Source: Eledone cirrhosa (lineage: Eukaryota). Taken from it: 64,000 nt of DNA. Of this stretch, positions 25,941-39,861 are shown piece by piece. Made by a program: the position numbers and the translations under genes. Every line of letters begins with the position of its first letter. The stretch's first letter is position 1. The stretch is from the NCBI GenBank assembly GCA_964016885.1, contig OZ024744.1:77438001-77502000 (forward strand), read 5' to 3'. Below the pieces are notes generated by a model. It was given only the letters and a program-made list of their open reading frames with translations. It made no database searches and was not told where the DNA came from.

Positions 25941-26758
25941 GAATGTATGTATGTATGTATGTATATATATATATACAAAATTAAATTAAGGGAGTCATGT
26001 CCGGGACATGCGCTATATCCACCGTAGAATAAGCTCAAAGATTCCGATGAGTAGATCCGAGCATTTTATATCAACTAGAAATCGATTGGCATATATATAT
26101 ATATATTTAAAATAAACACATGAAACAATCACAGGGGATAATTTGTAAAGTGTGTAAGGACACATAGCTAGGTAAGTAACTAATTAAACTTTAACTAGAA
26201 CTTCCAATATAGATAAATGATTAATCTTCCTTGGAATCTTTGAGCTTATTCTACGGTGGATATGGCGCATATCTCGGATATGGCGCATGTCTCGGACATG
26301 ACTCCCTTAATTTAATTTTGGATATGTACACGGCCCCTTGATTGTAGAGCTAACTCAGTTGAAAGGACTCGGCTGCTATTTCTAGCTGTCGATAATCCTA
26401 TTCATGCCACTGGGATGACGCTGGCACGATGTGTGTAGTTTTAGAAATGCAACACATGCGACGGGTCATTCACAAATTTGCATTTGATGTGTAAACAAAG
26501 ATAGTTAAATCTTCTCCCTTGCTGAAGATCCAGATTTTGACTACTGTGAGTTTACTGATTAATGGTGAAATATATTTTTTAATGAAATATATACAAGGAA
26601 GATTAATCATTTTTAAAAGGTATCTATACTTGAAGTTCTAGTTAAACTTTAATTAGTTACCTACCTAGCTGTGTGTGCTTACACACTTTATCCCCAGTGA
26701 TTTTTTCATGTGTTTATTTTAGATAGATATATATATGCCAATTAATTTCTAGTTGATA

Positions 26759-26828
<70 letters not shown>

Positions 26829-26830
26829 TA

Positions 26831-27128
26831 GATGGCGTAGGACAGAACAAAGGAGAGGCACAAAAACAAAGAAAAGAATCCCCAGTCACTGAAGAGGTCA
26901 CATAATGTGTGACGAAAGAACTTTGACAATATATAAACAACCATCTGGTTGTGGAACCAACCAACCAACCGGAAATTGATAAATTCCTAAATTTATTATA
27001 ATAAATTGAAGTGAAAGCAACTGGTGCGTGTGTTTCTTATTGGTAATATGACCCTCCCAAAGTATAACAATATCGGTTTCAACACACGTTTTCAGATAAA
27101 GAATCTTGCTAAACAAATTCAGAAACGA
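26831..27128 (+). mobile_element. PLE pseudo-LTR 3' copy with hammerhead (26884-26927)
   Basis: Matches 2636-2958; flanked by (TA)n. Confidence 0.88.
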
Positions 27129-27568
27129 TATATATATATATATATGGAAGTTTGAAGTATTGTTTGTCGTATTGTTTGCATATTTGAGCTGAAATATTTT
27201 GATGAAAGTTCAAAGCATGTTACAAAAGATCTATACAGCCGATTGACAACAGCTGAAAGCTCTTTAACACTAGCAAGGTCGTGAATGACAAAACATCTCA
27301 CATATTGAATACACGCTTCATTGGTCGTGTGGCCGGACATAGTGCTGCTCTGTCAATTAAAACCACTCCCTGACCAGAGCTGACGGTACTGTAAGTCAGG
27401 CGCCACTTGGGTGTCTTATCCAGATGAAATCGTCCAACACAGCAGGGAATCCAGCTGCATTTCAACACCACCACTGACCAACAGGATGTTAGTAACAGTC
27501 TTCAATGTTGATCGAAAGTAATTAAAGTAAAGCTTTAGGATAATGACCCAAGCTGAACGACATCTTAA

Positions 27569-27634
<66 letters not shown>

Positions 27635-27911
27635 TGACAATATATACAGATGGCTTTAAAAAGTAAAAGTTCCTTTCAACTTGATTCATTGATGCGTAGA
27701 AAGAGTGAAAGAGTGCCACTTGTAACGTTTGTAGGTATGGAATGTTCTGGCCACACAACCTTATCTGGTTCATCCTTCCAACAGTCAATGATCTCATGAC
27801 AGCTAACACACACTAAAATACAAATCACATGCTTGCTAATAAAAAAATTAATCATTATTTTTAACTTTCAGCACTAAATTCCTTTAATGTCAAACGTATG
27901 TATAGAGAATT

Positions 27912-28103
27912 AATTGTTTCTACTTTGGGCACAAGGCCAGCAAATTCCACCAGTGCATTACTGGTACTTTATTTTATCGACCCCATAAGGATGAAAGGCA
28001 AAGTTAACCTCGGTGGGATTTAAACTCAGAATGGCAAGGGCCGTAACTCTATGCGTCAAAGCATGGCGTCCGACCCTCTACCGATACTGCCAATCCACTG
28101 CCC
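27912..28103 (-). mobile_element. tRNA-derived SINE (OK-like) with TSD
   Basis: Full SINE body; flanking tatagagaattaat repeated at ~27901 and ~28106. Confidence 0.85.
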
Positions 28104-28680
28104 TTTATAGAGAATTAATGTCTTTTAAACACTAACTTAGCAATGAATAAACAATGTGTGTATGTGTGTTTCTGTGTGTGCATGTTTGTGTATGTATGTG
28201 TGTGTGTGTGTGTGTGTATGTTTGTGTGTGTGTATGTGTGAGTGTGAATCTGTATGTTTGTGTGTCTATGTTTGTGTGTTTGCGGGTGTGTGTGTGTGTG
28301 TGTTTGTTTGTGTGTGTAAGAGAGAGATAGAGAAAGGGAGTGCGTGTGTAATTAAGATGTAAATAAATATATAGTAAATATTTTTATCACTGCTCTAAAA
28401 TATATTTTGGGATTATATAGTCCCGAGAGGGAACATACAGTTAGCTGACTCTACGTGTCAGCAATGTTGTATATATGTTGAAATAACAGCCACGAATAAA
28501 GGGCTAAATGATGATGGCTCTTGTTAAGCTTGAGTTTAACTTGTGTACTCAGAGGATCATCAGTTTTGAGTACTCTTTCTTGCGTCCGTCAACATCACAC
28601 GTTATATATATATATATATATATTCGTTATCACATCAATGCCCACTCTTACTGACCAATATTTGAAACAACTTGTAAGCC

Positions 28681-28735
<55 letters not shown>

Positions 28736-28736
<1 letters not shown>

Positions 28737-28925
28737 ATTGTTTCTACTTTTAGGCACAAGGCCAGCAATTACCCAGTTCATTACTGGTACTTTATTTTAT
28801 CGACCCCGTAAGGATGAAAGGCAAAGTCAACCTCGGCGGGATTTGAACTCAGATCGTAAAGGGACGTAACTATGCTGGAAAGCATGGAGTCCGACCCTCT
28901 ACCGATACTGCCAATCCACCGCCCT
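28736..28925 (-). mobile_element. tRNA-derived SINE (OK-like)
   Basis: gggcggtggattggcagtatcggtagagggtcgg...ctgagttcaaatcccgccgagg on minus strand. Confidence 0.85.
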
Positions 28926-29043
28926 AATATATATATATATATATATATAATGAAATATATGGAGAATAGAAATGGGTGTGTAGTTGCTATTTAAGGTAAC
29001 TTAAAATACTGTGGGAATAAGAAGAAAGCAAGAACAGGGGTGA

Positions 29044-29120
29044 GTTTTCCTCATCAGTTGTCTACTGGGGGTCTAGGATATTTCTACGCTTTAAAGACAA
29101 AATACTATATCTAGCATTAA
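29044..29120 (-). ncRNA. Non-circularly permuted hammerhead-like RNA, family 1-like copy D (5' part lost)
   Basis: Minus: gtat t TTGTCT ttaa AGCGT a GAAA tatcc tagac ccccag t AGACAA CTGATGA g. Confidence 0.6.
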
Positions 29121-29798
29121 CACTGAGAAAATTAAAAAAACCGTTGTAAGATAATACATAATTTTTAAAAAAATTTGAAATTAAAGTTAAACCTCATTAA
29201 CTTTTAATTTCAAAATTTTTTTTTATTTATGTATTATCTTACAACGGTTTTTTTAATTTTCTCTGTGAGACACTGTTTCTCAGTATTAAAGGCTATCTCG
29301 CTCTATCTCTCACTCATTTTTCTTCCGCTCTCATCCTTCCTTCTAATACTCCTCCCCCGTCATCCTTTATTTTCTTTCTTCCTCACCTTTTCCTTCCACC
29401 CTCCTCCTTTTTTTCCCCAATCTCATATATCCATCTTACTTTATTTTTCATATGTTGATTTAACACTTCACTGCTCGCAAGTGTTTTTTAAGCTTCATAT
29501 CATGTCTCTCTATTTTATCTGATGAGAACGCAAATATCATCCCATGATGATATTTGTCTTTGAAATGCGCATAATAAAATACTTGGAACTCTTTTAACCA
29601 TCTTTTGATCTTATATTATATATATATTTATATATATATATTCTGAGGATTTGATCAGAGGTAAACAATGTAATGGAGATCGAGTGACGCAACTTCGAGC
29701 GATTAGCGGCCTCTAGACTTACCTGATCAATGAAACAATTGTTAATACCTGAAATAAAGCCCCTTGTTGTACAGCCAACTATGTTACTCTTCATTCTT

Positions 29799-29894
<96 letters not shown>

Positions 29895-30453
29895 GAAACT
29901 GGAAATAGCACGGAAAATATATTTTAGGGTCTGTTTTTTATCCTTCCTTTCCTTTGATTCGTCAAAGTGACATTATTGAAAAGATAATATTATTGAAAAA
30001 ATGAAAGGTACAATTCTTTAAAAAAAGTTTTATAAAGTATATAAAGTATTATTACCGGTTTCGATGTATTATTAAAATTCATCTCAGCAAATGTTGAGTA
30101 TTGCAATTAAAAAGAATTAATAGGAATTAAAAACTAAAAATTAAGTGTTCGAGTAAGTTTTTTTCCATCTTTCTTGCTCAAAAGTTGGTAATACTTTATA
30201 TACTGGTCACACACTCTCGGCTGGCCCCTTCCTCACACTTTCACTCACTCACTCTCTGCTACTCCTCCTCTCTCACTTCCTCCCGTCTGACCTGCGTGAA
30301 ATTCTTTCCTCCCTCACTTTTCGCGTGGCTCGGACGTGTCTGCCTCTTCTCATCATTTGATTTGTCGGACTTAAGCCCACAAGATTTATTGACTTGTCTC
30401 TCTTTTCCTCTCTTTACGTTGCATTACTACCATGTTGTTTGTTTACTTTCCTC

Positions 30454-30557
30454 TGTCCCGATAACTTAATTTAGTTATCGCTCGCACTGATTTTAGGTAT
30501 CTAGTCTTTAATGCGAAGAAATACCAATGATAATCAGTAGACTACTGATGATGGACA
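30454..30557 (+). ncRNA. Non-circularly permuted hammerhead-like RNA, family 1 copy B
   Basis: TGTCC CGATAACT/AGTTATCG c TCGCA CTGATT tta GGTAT C TAGTCT ttaa TGCGA a GAAATACC aatgat AATCAG t AGACTA CTGATGA t GGACA. Confidence 0.8.
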
Positions 30558-30581
30558 TTCCTGTTTCTCGGTCTATTTTCA

Positions 30582-30665
<84 letters not shown>

Positions 30666-31045
30666 TGTGTGAGTGAGAGAGTATTCTTTATTCTTTTACT
30701 GGTTTCAATCATTTCAATCATTTCGCGTTGATTTAGTTGAGTATATTGACTCCGGTAGTTATTTTACCAATCGTTTCCTATCGAAACGCTAGGTTACGGA
30801 ATATAAACTCAAACATAGTCACTGGAAACAAAGAATGCAATTATTAATAGGAAGAATTGAAATTAATATATGCAAGATTTCACAGCTCTAGCATCACTCC
30901 TTTATAGTTAGCTTATCAACTTTTCAGCTGACCCTCGTATTTAGTGCAGTCTATTTTCTACTTAAAATAAACTAAAGAATTCTGAGAGAGGTCGCGAAGT
31001 CACGTATACTTAAACACAGACACACACACATACACATACAGACAG

Positions 31046-31145
<100 letters not shown>

Positions 31146-31896
31146 ATCAGATCTAAAGAGAAGCCAACAGACTAAATGGCGTGAGGTTGTTTACTAACAA
31201 ACTCAGCTTCTAGTTCACATACTGTTTCTCAGAGCTTGCTGGTCTCGTACAATCCACATTCAGACATTCCCTATTCACTGCTTTGTCCCGCCTCCTCAAA
31301 TGTCCCTCACGCCTAACAATATCTACTACACCCAGGTCAGGCCGGATTATGTCCTTTTGAGGGCCTAAGCACTTAAAAGATTATGGTGGCGAACCATATA
31401 TAAAGTCCGCCAAAAATTATCTTTAGGGGGGATTGGAATAATAAATAGAATGAATTTGAATAAAATGATGTCCGTCGTTCTTTGATGCCCCGAATATGTG
31501 CATATTTTGCTTAATGGTTAATCCAGCCCCTTTCCCAGTTATTTCATCCCAGAACGTCAGCAATCTTGAAAACATTTTTCTGTCCAGGACTTTCCTGTTG
31601 TCAACTTGCAGCGGTTTTAAATGAACATTAACTACGTCAATCTCGTTGGCACAGAAGAAAACATGGAGGCTACGCAGCCACTTGTTTCAAACTATATATG
31701 TACACAAAGATTTATAGCTTTGATTAAACAAGATGCTGAGAAGCTTAATGTGTTGTTATGATTATTAATCAAATAAGATCAAATAATTCGAATTGAAGAT
31801 CCGGAACCATAAAAGCCTTTGGTGTTCCTTTAAATATATATTCACGCTATGTATATATGTGTGTGGATGTATGTATGTATGCATGTATGTTTGTTT

Positions 31897-34799
31897 TAAG
31901 TCCTGCAGGATGTCCAAAGTCACCCTCCTCACCAAGAAACCTTGGTGGGGTTGCCAGTTTAGTCGCCAACGACCCGACCATGGAGCTCTTAAGAGTCAAT
32001 GGCCATCCAAAATCACCGGGAGAGATGACCCCTTAGCCTTTGTCAAGGCAGAATTCTAGGAGAAGGAAAACTCTGATATAACGCCTGCAACCCTGATGGT
32101 ATCCAATGATGTTGACTTATTCTTCTTTTTGGTAAATATCATCTTGGTTAAGAGAGTGGGACTGGCTTTGTGCAGTGCCTTTGGTCACTATAAAAGCTTC
32201 ACGGCACAGGCATTGCTTTATATCTGGAGATCTCTCTGCACTTGTCGTCACATGGTACCATGGGCCCAGCACTATGTGTCAATAATTGTCACAAGTGTAG
32301 TGTTTGTGCCGGAGTTTTCCAGTCGCTGGCTGGACTGCGGGAGGGGGGGGGGTCACACTCGTTCAGCGCATCGGTAGGGGTTCTCCTACATGGATATAAA
32401 GTAGTGGCCGTACGCGAAAACGAGTTGGCAGCCACCATGTATGTATGTATGTATGTATGTATGTATGTATGTATGTATGTATGTATGTATGTATGTATGT
32501 ATGTATGTATGTATGTATGTGTGTATGTATATATGTTATGTCAAGTCGCTCTCGGGTGCTACTGGTAATATGTAACCCAGTACAACCTGTCCCATGGTCG
32601 GGTCGTCGGAGACTAAACCGGCAACTCCACGAAGCTTGCTTGGTGAGGAGGGTGGCATTTGGACACCCTGCGGGATGAAATACAAGACCCGGCAAAGGGC
32701 GGAGGAACTCGACAGAGTCAACGGCCATCCAAATAGTACTTTTCTGGGGGAGGGGGAGGTTCACCTGGGAGTGAAAGGCCCCAGTTGTTGTCACAACACC
32801 TTTCTAAGAGAGGGAAACTTTGAAAAAAAAAACCAAAAAACCTGCGGCTTCGGAAGCATCCGATGTTTTGACCAGTTCTCCTTTTCGGGTAGTGTTTTCA
32901 AAGCCCGGAGAGTGGGATTGGTCGAGTGCAAAGCCTTTCCTCATTTCAAAAAACCTTCAAAGCACTGGCATTGCTTGTTCAGGATCTGTTATAATCTGAC
33001 AAGCGATTGCAATACTCTTAGCAGAGTTTGCATCCAGTATGTATGTATGTATGTATGTATGTATGTATGTATGTATGTATGTATGTATGTATGTATGTAT
33101 GTATGTATGTATGTATGTATGTATGTCAGGTCACCAGCTGGTGCTACTGGTAACATGTATCCCAGTACAACCTGTCTCATGGTCGGGTCGTTGGCGACTA
33201 AACTGGCAGCCCCACCAAGGTTTCTTGGTGAGGGGGGTGACTTTGGACATCCTGCAGGTCTAAAAACAAAACCTGTCAAAGGGCAAAGGAGCTCTTAAGA
33301 GTCAATGGCCATCCAAAATCACTGGGAGAGATGACCCCTTAGCCTTTGCCAAGGCAGAATTCTAGGAGAAGGAAAACTCTGATATAACACCTGCAACCCT
33401 GATGGTATCCAATGATGTTGACTTGTTCTTCTTTTTGGTAAATATCATCTTGGTTAAGAGAGTGGGACTGGCTTTGTGCAGTGCCTTTGCTCACTATAAA
33501 AGCTTCACGGCACAGGCATTGCTTTATATCTGGAGATCTCTCTACACTTGTCGTCACATGGTACCATGGGCCCAGCACTATGTGTCAATAATTGTCACAA
33601 GTGTAGTGTTTGTGTCAGAGTTTTCAAGTCGCTGGCTGGACTAAAAAGTCACACTCGTTCAGTGCATCGGTAGGGGTTCTTCTACAAGGATATAAAGTAG
33701 TGGCCGTACTCGAAAACGAGTTGGCAGCCACTATGTATGTATGTATGTATGTATGTTGGATACCATCAGGGTTGCAGGTGTTATATCAGAGTTTTCCTTC
33801 TCTTAGAATTCTGCCTTGACAAAGGCTAAGGGGTCATCTCTCCCGGTGATTTTGGATGGCCATTGACTCTTAACAGCTCCTTTGCCCTTTGACAGGTTTT
33901 GTTTTTAGTCCTGCAGGATGTCCAAAGTCATCCTCCTCACCAAGAAAACTTGGTGGGGTTGCCAGTTTAGTCGCCAACGACCCGACCATGAGACAGTTTG
34001 TACTGGGATACAACATGATGTTGACTTGTTCTTCTTTTTGGTAAATATCATCTTGGTTAAGAGAGTGGGACTGGCTTTGTGCAGTGCCTTTGCTCACTAT
34101 AAAAGCTTCACGGCACAGGCATTGCTTTATATCTGGAGATCTCTCTGCACTTGTCGTCACATGGTGCCATGTGCCCAGCACTATGTGTCAATAATTGTCA
34201 CAAGTGTAATGTTTGTACCAGAGTTTTCAAGTCGCTGGCTGGACTAAAAAGTCACACTCGTTCAGCGCATCGGTGGGGGTTCTACATGGATATAAAGTAG
34301 TGGTCGTACTCAAAAACGAGTTGGCAGCCACCATGTATGTATGTATGTATGTATGTATGTATGTATGTATGTATGTATGTATGTATGTATGTATGTATGT
34401 ATGTTACCAGTAGCGTCTAAACCGGCAACTCCACCAAGTTTGCTTGGGGAGAGCGTGATTTTTGACACCCTGCCGTATGAAAAACAAAACCTGTTAAAGG
34501 GCGGAAGAATTCAGGAGAGTCAACGGCCATCCAACAAGTTTTTTGGTTTTGATTTTAATTTTTGAGGGAGAGACTTCTAGTATTCATTTAGGATATAAAA
34601 CCTGCGACTTCGTTTGCATTCAATGATATAGATCAGTTCTTTCTTTTGGGCAAATGTATTCGATGTTCAGAGAGCGGGATTGGTTCAGTGCAAAGGCTTT
34701 CCTCACTTTAAAAATCTTCAAGCACAGGCATCGCTTGATATCTGACATTTTTTGCGATCCATGGTTTGTTGGCCATAGGCAAGTATATGATGGTCATAA

Positions 34800-34831
<32 letters not shown>

Positions 34832-35164
34832 GACCATCATAGACGTGGCTTTTTAGTCCTGCTAGGGACTTGCCTATATGCTTAAATTACAAGCGATGTC
34901 ATTACTCGAAATCGAGTTGCAGCCATCATGTATGTATGTCGGGTCCCTCTTGAGTGTTACTGGTAACATGTAACCCAGTACAACCTGTCGCATGGTCGGG
35001 TCGTCGGTGACTAAACCGGCAACCCCACTAAGTTTACTTGGTGAGGAGGGTGATTTTGGACACCCTGAAGGACAAAAAACAAAACCTGCCAAAGTGCGGA
35101 AGAACTCATAAGAGTCAAGGGCCATCCAAAAGTGTGTAAATACATGTATGCATGTGTATGTACG

Positions 35165-35238
<74 letters not shown>

Positions 35239-35530
35239 CATGTGTATATATATGCACGAGGACATAGAAATAATAGGGCTGGATACCCGATCGCGCGGTT
35301 AAGCCACTGGGAGTGAAGGACCCCTAACCTTTGTCAGGACATTCTTCTAGGAGAAGGCAACTCAGGAAACTGGGATAACTCCGACATAAAACCTGCGGCT
35401 CAGTAGTTACCGATGATGTTGATCTTTTCTTCTTTTTGGGTTATAGCTACTGTCGTTCAGAGAGTGGGATTGGCTCAGTGCACAGTATTTCCTCACTTTT
35501 AAAAAAATGTTCACGCGCAGGCATTGCACG
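31897..35530 (+). mobile_element. Array of bipartite RTE-derived elements (two subfamilies) separated by (TATG)n
   Basis: Copies 31897-32436 (5' inverted), 33126-33732, 33757-34333 (5' inverted); diverged relatives 32540-33000, 34405-34750, 34939-35130, 35300-35530. Confidence 0.8.
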
Positions 35531-37978
35531 ATAGAATTAATTAATCTAAACTATAATAAAGAAAGGAGTGCGGGACTGCGTCCAGAATATATATTTTTTA
35601 CCCCGTTTGTAAAATAGGTTGGATTAGTTTGAATAAATAATGAATGAATATTACATAATTTATGTTCTAAATTTCGTGGCTGTTGATTAAATATATTTTA
35701 TAGCTTATTTAAAGATTTTTAAAATTTTCAAATGTCAACACTTCCGGTTAGCGGCCGTTATATTATAGCACTTATAAAAATATCGCATATATTTCCGTCG
35801 CTAATTTTCTCCTAATGCAGTTTATATATATCGTCTTTTTTTAAATATATCATGGATTACTTTACTGATTACAGAAGACAGGGTAACATAGACTGTGTTC
35901 AATTTCTGTGTATATTGTCAATTACGATTTTATTTGATGTATCATATCTACATACATATATACTTACGTAAAATATCAATATATACACTACACATACTAG
36001 CAGAAAACTACCCTAGGGTGGTTTTTTGCTAGTAATTATTAATAATGGTATATCGTGCAATGGCCATACTCATTAACGAGGGGGCAGCCATTATGTATGT
36101 ATGTATTAATGTCATTAATCGTGCTATCAAATCTCTCTCTCTTCTTTTTAACATAGTTTCTATTCGCAGTTGAAACCATTTCAATAACTTATACTCCTAA
36201 TAGTATAGGAAAAAAATGTCTTTTCTCATATTCTTTTTGGAGCAGCATGGAGTTATGGCCTTTTATGATCTGAGTTCAAATCCCGCCATGGTTAACTTTG
36301 CTTTTCATCCTTACGGGGGTCCATTCATCCTTACGGGGTCCATAAAATAAGGCACCAGTAATGCACTGGGGTAATTGCTGGCGTCCAGCTTCTATAACTC
36401 TCGGCAGAAGCGAAGGGGTGAGTAGTCTTGATAACCGCTAACGAACGAAAAACAGGACTGTCGATTACTCTCCTTTGCTTTTGCCGAGAATAAGTAAGTG
36501 ATATAGTCACTACTTTAAAACTCATAGTGAATGGTCTTCTAAATGTTTTTAATTAAATATACAATATATTGCGAAATATACTATACATACATTCATGTAT
36601 ACATCGCAATTTGAGCACCAAATACTAATACCAGTATATTAGATATCAAATGATACATATTATATAGATAGTAAAATAAAAAATATATAGTATTTATTTA
36701 TACATAGTATATATTATATTATTTATTTTATATAAATTGGTGATTTTATTTATTATATATTATTTACAATTTGTGTGTAGTGTAGACAGGTCTCTCTGGA
36801 AATAGGGTTGACGGGGTGGGGGGGGGCACTGAAAGTAATACATAGCCGTGAGGTGGGTGGTGGCCCAAAAGGTTTGAGAACCTCTGAACTAAGAGGTGGA
36901 GTGGCTGTTTCAACGCGTCTCCCTTACCCAGGGCAATGTAAATTGCATCCTGTTGGTCGAGACCCAGAGGTGGAGGGTAAGTTAGTTGGAGGCGGAGGTT
37001 ATTCGTTCGGGCGTCACTTCCACACATGTATTGAGTACAAGCTATATATGTTTATCGGTGAAGGCGCGTGGTTAGAGAGTTTGATTCACAATCCTAAGGT
37101 TGCGAGTTCAATTCTCAGACCGAGTGATACGTTGTGTCCTTGAGCAAGACACGTTGCTCCTTATGCCAGGAGTTACGACCGGTATATAGTATCAGCAATG
37201 ACAAGACCAATGGAAACATTGTTTCCTTGGTCCGATTTGACGAGGTCCACCCCACTCAGCAAGCGATTGAGGTCTGCAATCGATCAGAACGAGCGACGTT
37301 TATCGGAAAGTTGTAATACCTTCCAACATAATTTTATATAAAAACCTTTTTTAAAATGTTATAAATATATGTATATAGATGATTCTCCAATCTGTATTTC
37401 CAATGCGAAAGCCACTGTATATTCTGCTCAATTCCACCGCCTATTCAACTCAACAAAAGACATTCTAAAACACGTCTCCTTTCTGTACGATATTTGTCGA
37501 AACAGATAAATAAATAAATATCCAGCTTGCCTATTATGGTGACTAACCTTCTTTATTTGTATTCATATTAAAGTCATCTTTTTGTTTTAACTAGTTAAAG
37601 TATCAGCTGCCCACAATTACAGTCAAGATATTACATTTATATATAAAATACTATGTTTACGAATACAAAATTTAATAAGCTGACACTTAAGTCACTTAAA
37701 TATATATATATCATCAATAATTATCATCGTTTCAAAATGTGATTATAGAAAACTAAAGAAATATACATTTGAATAAATATTTCGAATGAAATGTTCAGTT
37801 GAAATTGTAAAAGTCGTGTGGTTGCTTAGGTGAAAATATAAATATATATTTATACACAAAAATGAAAGTAAATAACCATAAGCCAATACTTGGAAGCATA
37901 GCCGAAAGCTGAGCAAGAAATAAAATATACAGATAAATTAAATTTAGTAGAAATAGAAGCGTTCGGCGTTTTTTTTTT

Positions 37979-38110
37979 ACTAAAGAAATTTTAGCCTGAT
38001 AATGGGATTAAAAACCCTCTAAATATGGAAATGGATGAGTTCGTCAGTACTCATCCTTTTCCATTTATAGAGGGTTCTAAACCTCACTATCAGGCTAAAA
38101 TTTCTTTAGT
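37979..38110. repeat. Long imperfect hairpin/palindrome
   Basis: actaaagaaattttagcctgata..ccctcta..atggaaa.ggatgagt [tcgtcagt] actcatcc.tttccat..tagaggg..tatcaggctaaaatttctttagt. Confidence 0.8.
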
Positions 38111-38483
38111 CAAAAATATGGCGAAAGAATCTATCTATCTATCTATTATTAAAAGTCTGTGATTGCTTGCTCGCTTGTCTGTAATGTAATACAACTAAAA
38201 GGGCGCATAACGCGAAAATACTTTGAAAGGAAATTGACTCTGAAATGGGAATACAAATGGAATAAAACAAGTTTCGTGTAAATCGGAGCACGGGTTCCCG
38301 AGATATGGGGTTTTCTGGGTACCTTCATAAACAGAGAGAGAGAAGGGTATAGAGAAAGAGATAATGGTTGTGAGAGAGTAGATTGAGAGAGAAACATAGA
38401 GAGAGGGAGAGGAGACAGAGAAGGAGAATGGAAGAGAGAGAGAGAAAGAGAAAGAGAAAAAGAAAGAGAGGGAGAGAGAAAGA

Positions 38484-38542
<59 letters not shown>

Positions 38543-38678
38543 GGTGGAGTTGTTGTATATGTATATATATGTGAGTGTGTGTATACGTGTGTGTATGTCT
38601 ATGACTTGTGTATATAGATCACAGACAGCCACATATATATACACACACATACATATATATATATATGTGTATATATAT

Positions 38679-39013
38679 AATATAAGATCAAAAGATGGTT
38701 AAAGGAGTTCCATATATTTTATTATGCGCATTTCAAAAACAAACATCATCATGCAATAATATTTGTGTTTTCATCAGATAAAACAGGAGAACATGATATG
38801 AAGGCTAAAAAACACTTGTGGATAGTGCAGTTTTAAATCAACATATATGTTGATTTAAAACTGCACTATCCACAAGTGTTTTTTAGCCTTCATATCATGT
38901 TCTCCTGTTTTATCTGATGAAAACACAAATATTATTGCATGATGATGTTTGTTTTTGAAATGCGCATAATAAAATATATGGAACTCCTTTAACCATCTTT
39001 TGATCTTATATTA
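38679..39013. repeat. Essentially perfect ~330-bp palindrome made of a hammerhead-like short element (single copy at 29450-29617)
   Basis: Centre atcaacatatatgttgat (~38846); each arm has tttat CTGATGA..hairpin..GAAA tgcgca. Confidence 0.88.
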
Positions 39014-39201
39014 TGCATACTCCAGTCCTACAAACTGTAGAGTGCTTCTTATCCGATATCTGCATTGCTTTATTGTACTACAATAAAACTCACCTTCCTA
39101 CATATATATATATATATATATATATTATCTGGGTACCTTCATAAACACGGAGAGAGAGAAAGAGATAGTGATTGTGAGATAGTAGATTGAAAGAGAGACA
39201 T

Positions 39202-39277
<76 letters not shown>

Positions 39278-39861
39278 AGAGAGAGAGAGCTAGTGGAGTG
39301 TGTATATACATATGTGAGTGTGTGTATATGTGTCTGCGTGTGTCTATGACCAGTGTATATAGATCACAGACACCCATATATACACACACATATATATTTA
39401 TGTATACACACACACACACATTTATATATATAAATACACACACGTATATATATATGGGCCTTCAGTTTCATTTCACATTATATACATGTCTGTGTATATT
39501 TTATTATTTAAAAATTATTTTCAAGTGAACATGATTTTAAAAAAATATTTTTAAGTGAACGTGACTCAAGGGGTCACGGGTGGTCTAGTTTCTACTAAAT
39601 TTCAAACTTCGCTCACTGTTTCAACACAAACTTACTTCTCATATGTATTATAACTACACTAGAATCAACGTATGGAAACTCCATAAATACAACAAGTCAC
39701 ACATAATGGTTGAAAGGCAGTAATAGTGTATTTTTAGTATGTTGACTAATGTAGAAATTTTGTGGATTATAATACAGTAGAGGTATTTTAACGACGGAAG
39801 CTGAGTACTAATAGAAACAAGCGTGAGAACCCAAATAAAGTCACGGGGAAAATAAGGCACA

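Noticed and set aside
30495-30545. Group I intron P7-like strings (TAGTC / AGACTA)
   Set aside because: Order is reversed relative to group I R/S elements, and other copies covary to unrelated letters; better explained as hammerhead helix I.
32594-33298. 234-aa ORF
   Set aside because: Chance read-through of two repeat copies and a (TATG)n tract.
35544-36033. Possible second Helitron (TC start, palindrome ending CTAG)
   Set aside because: Ends are suggestive, but there is no second copy in the window and boundaries are uncertain.
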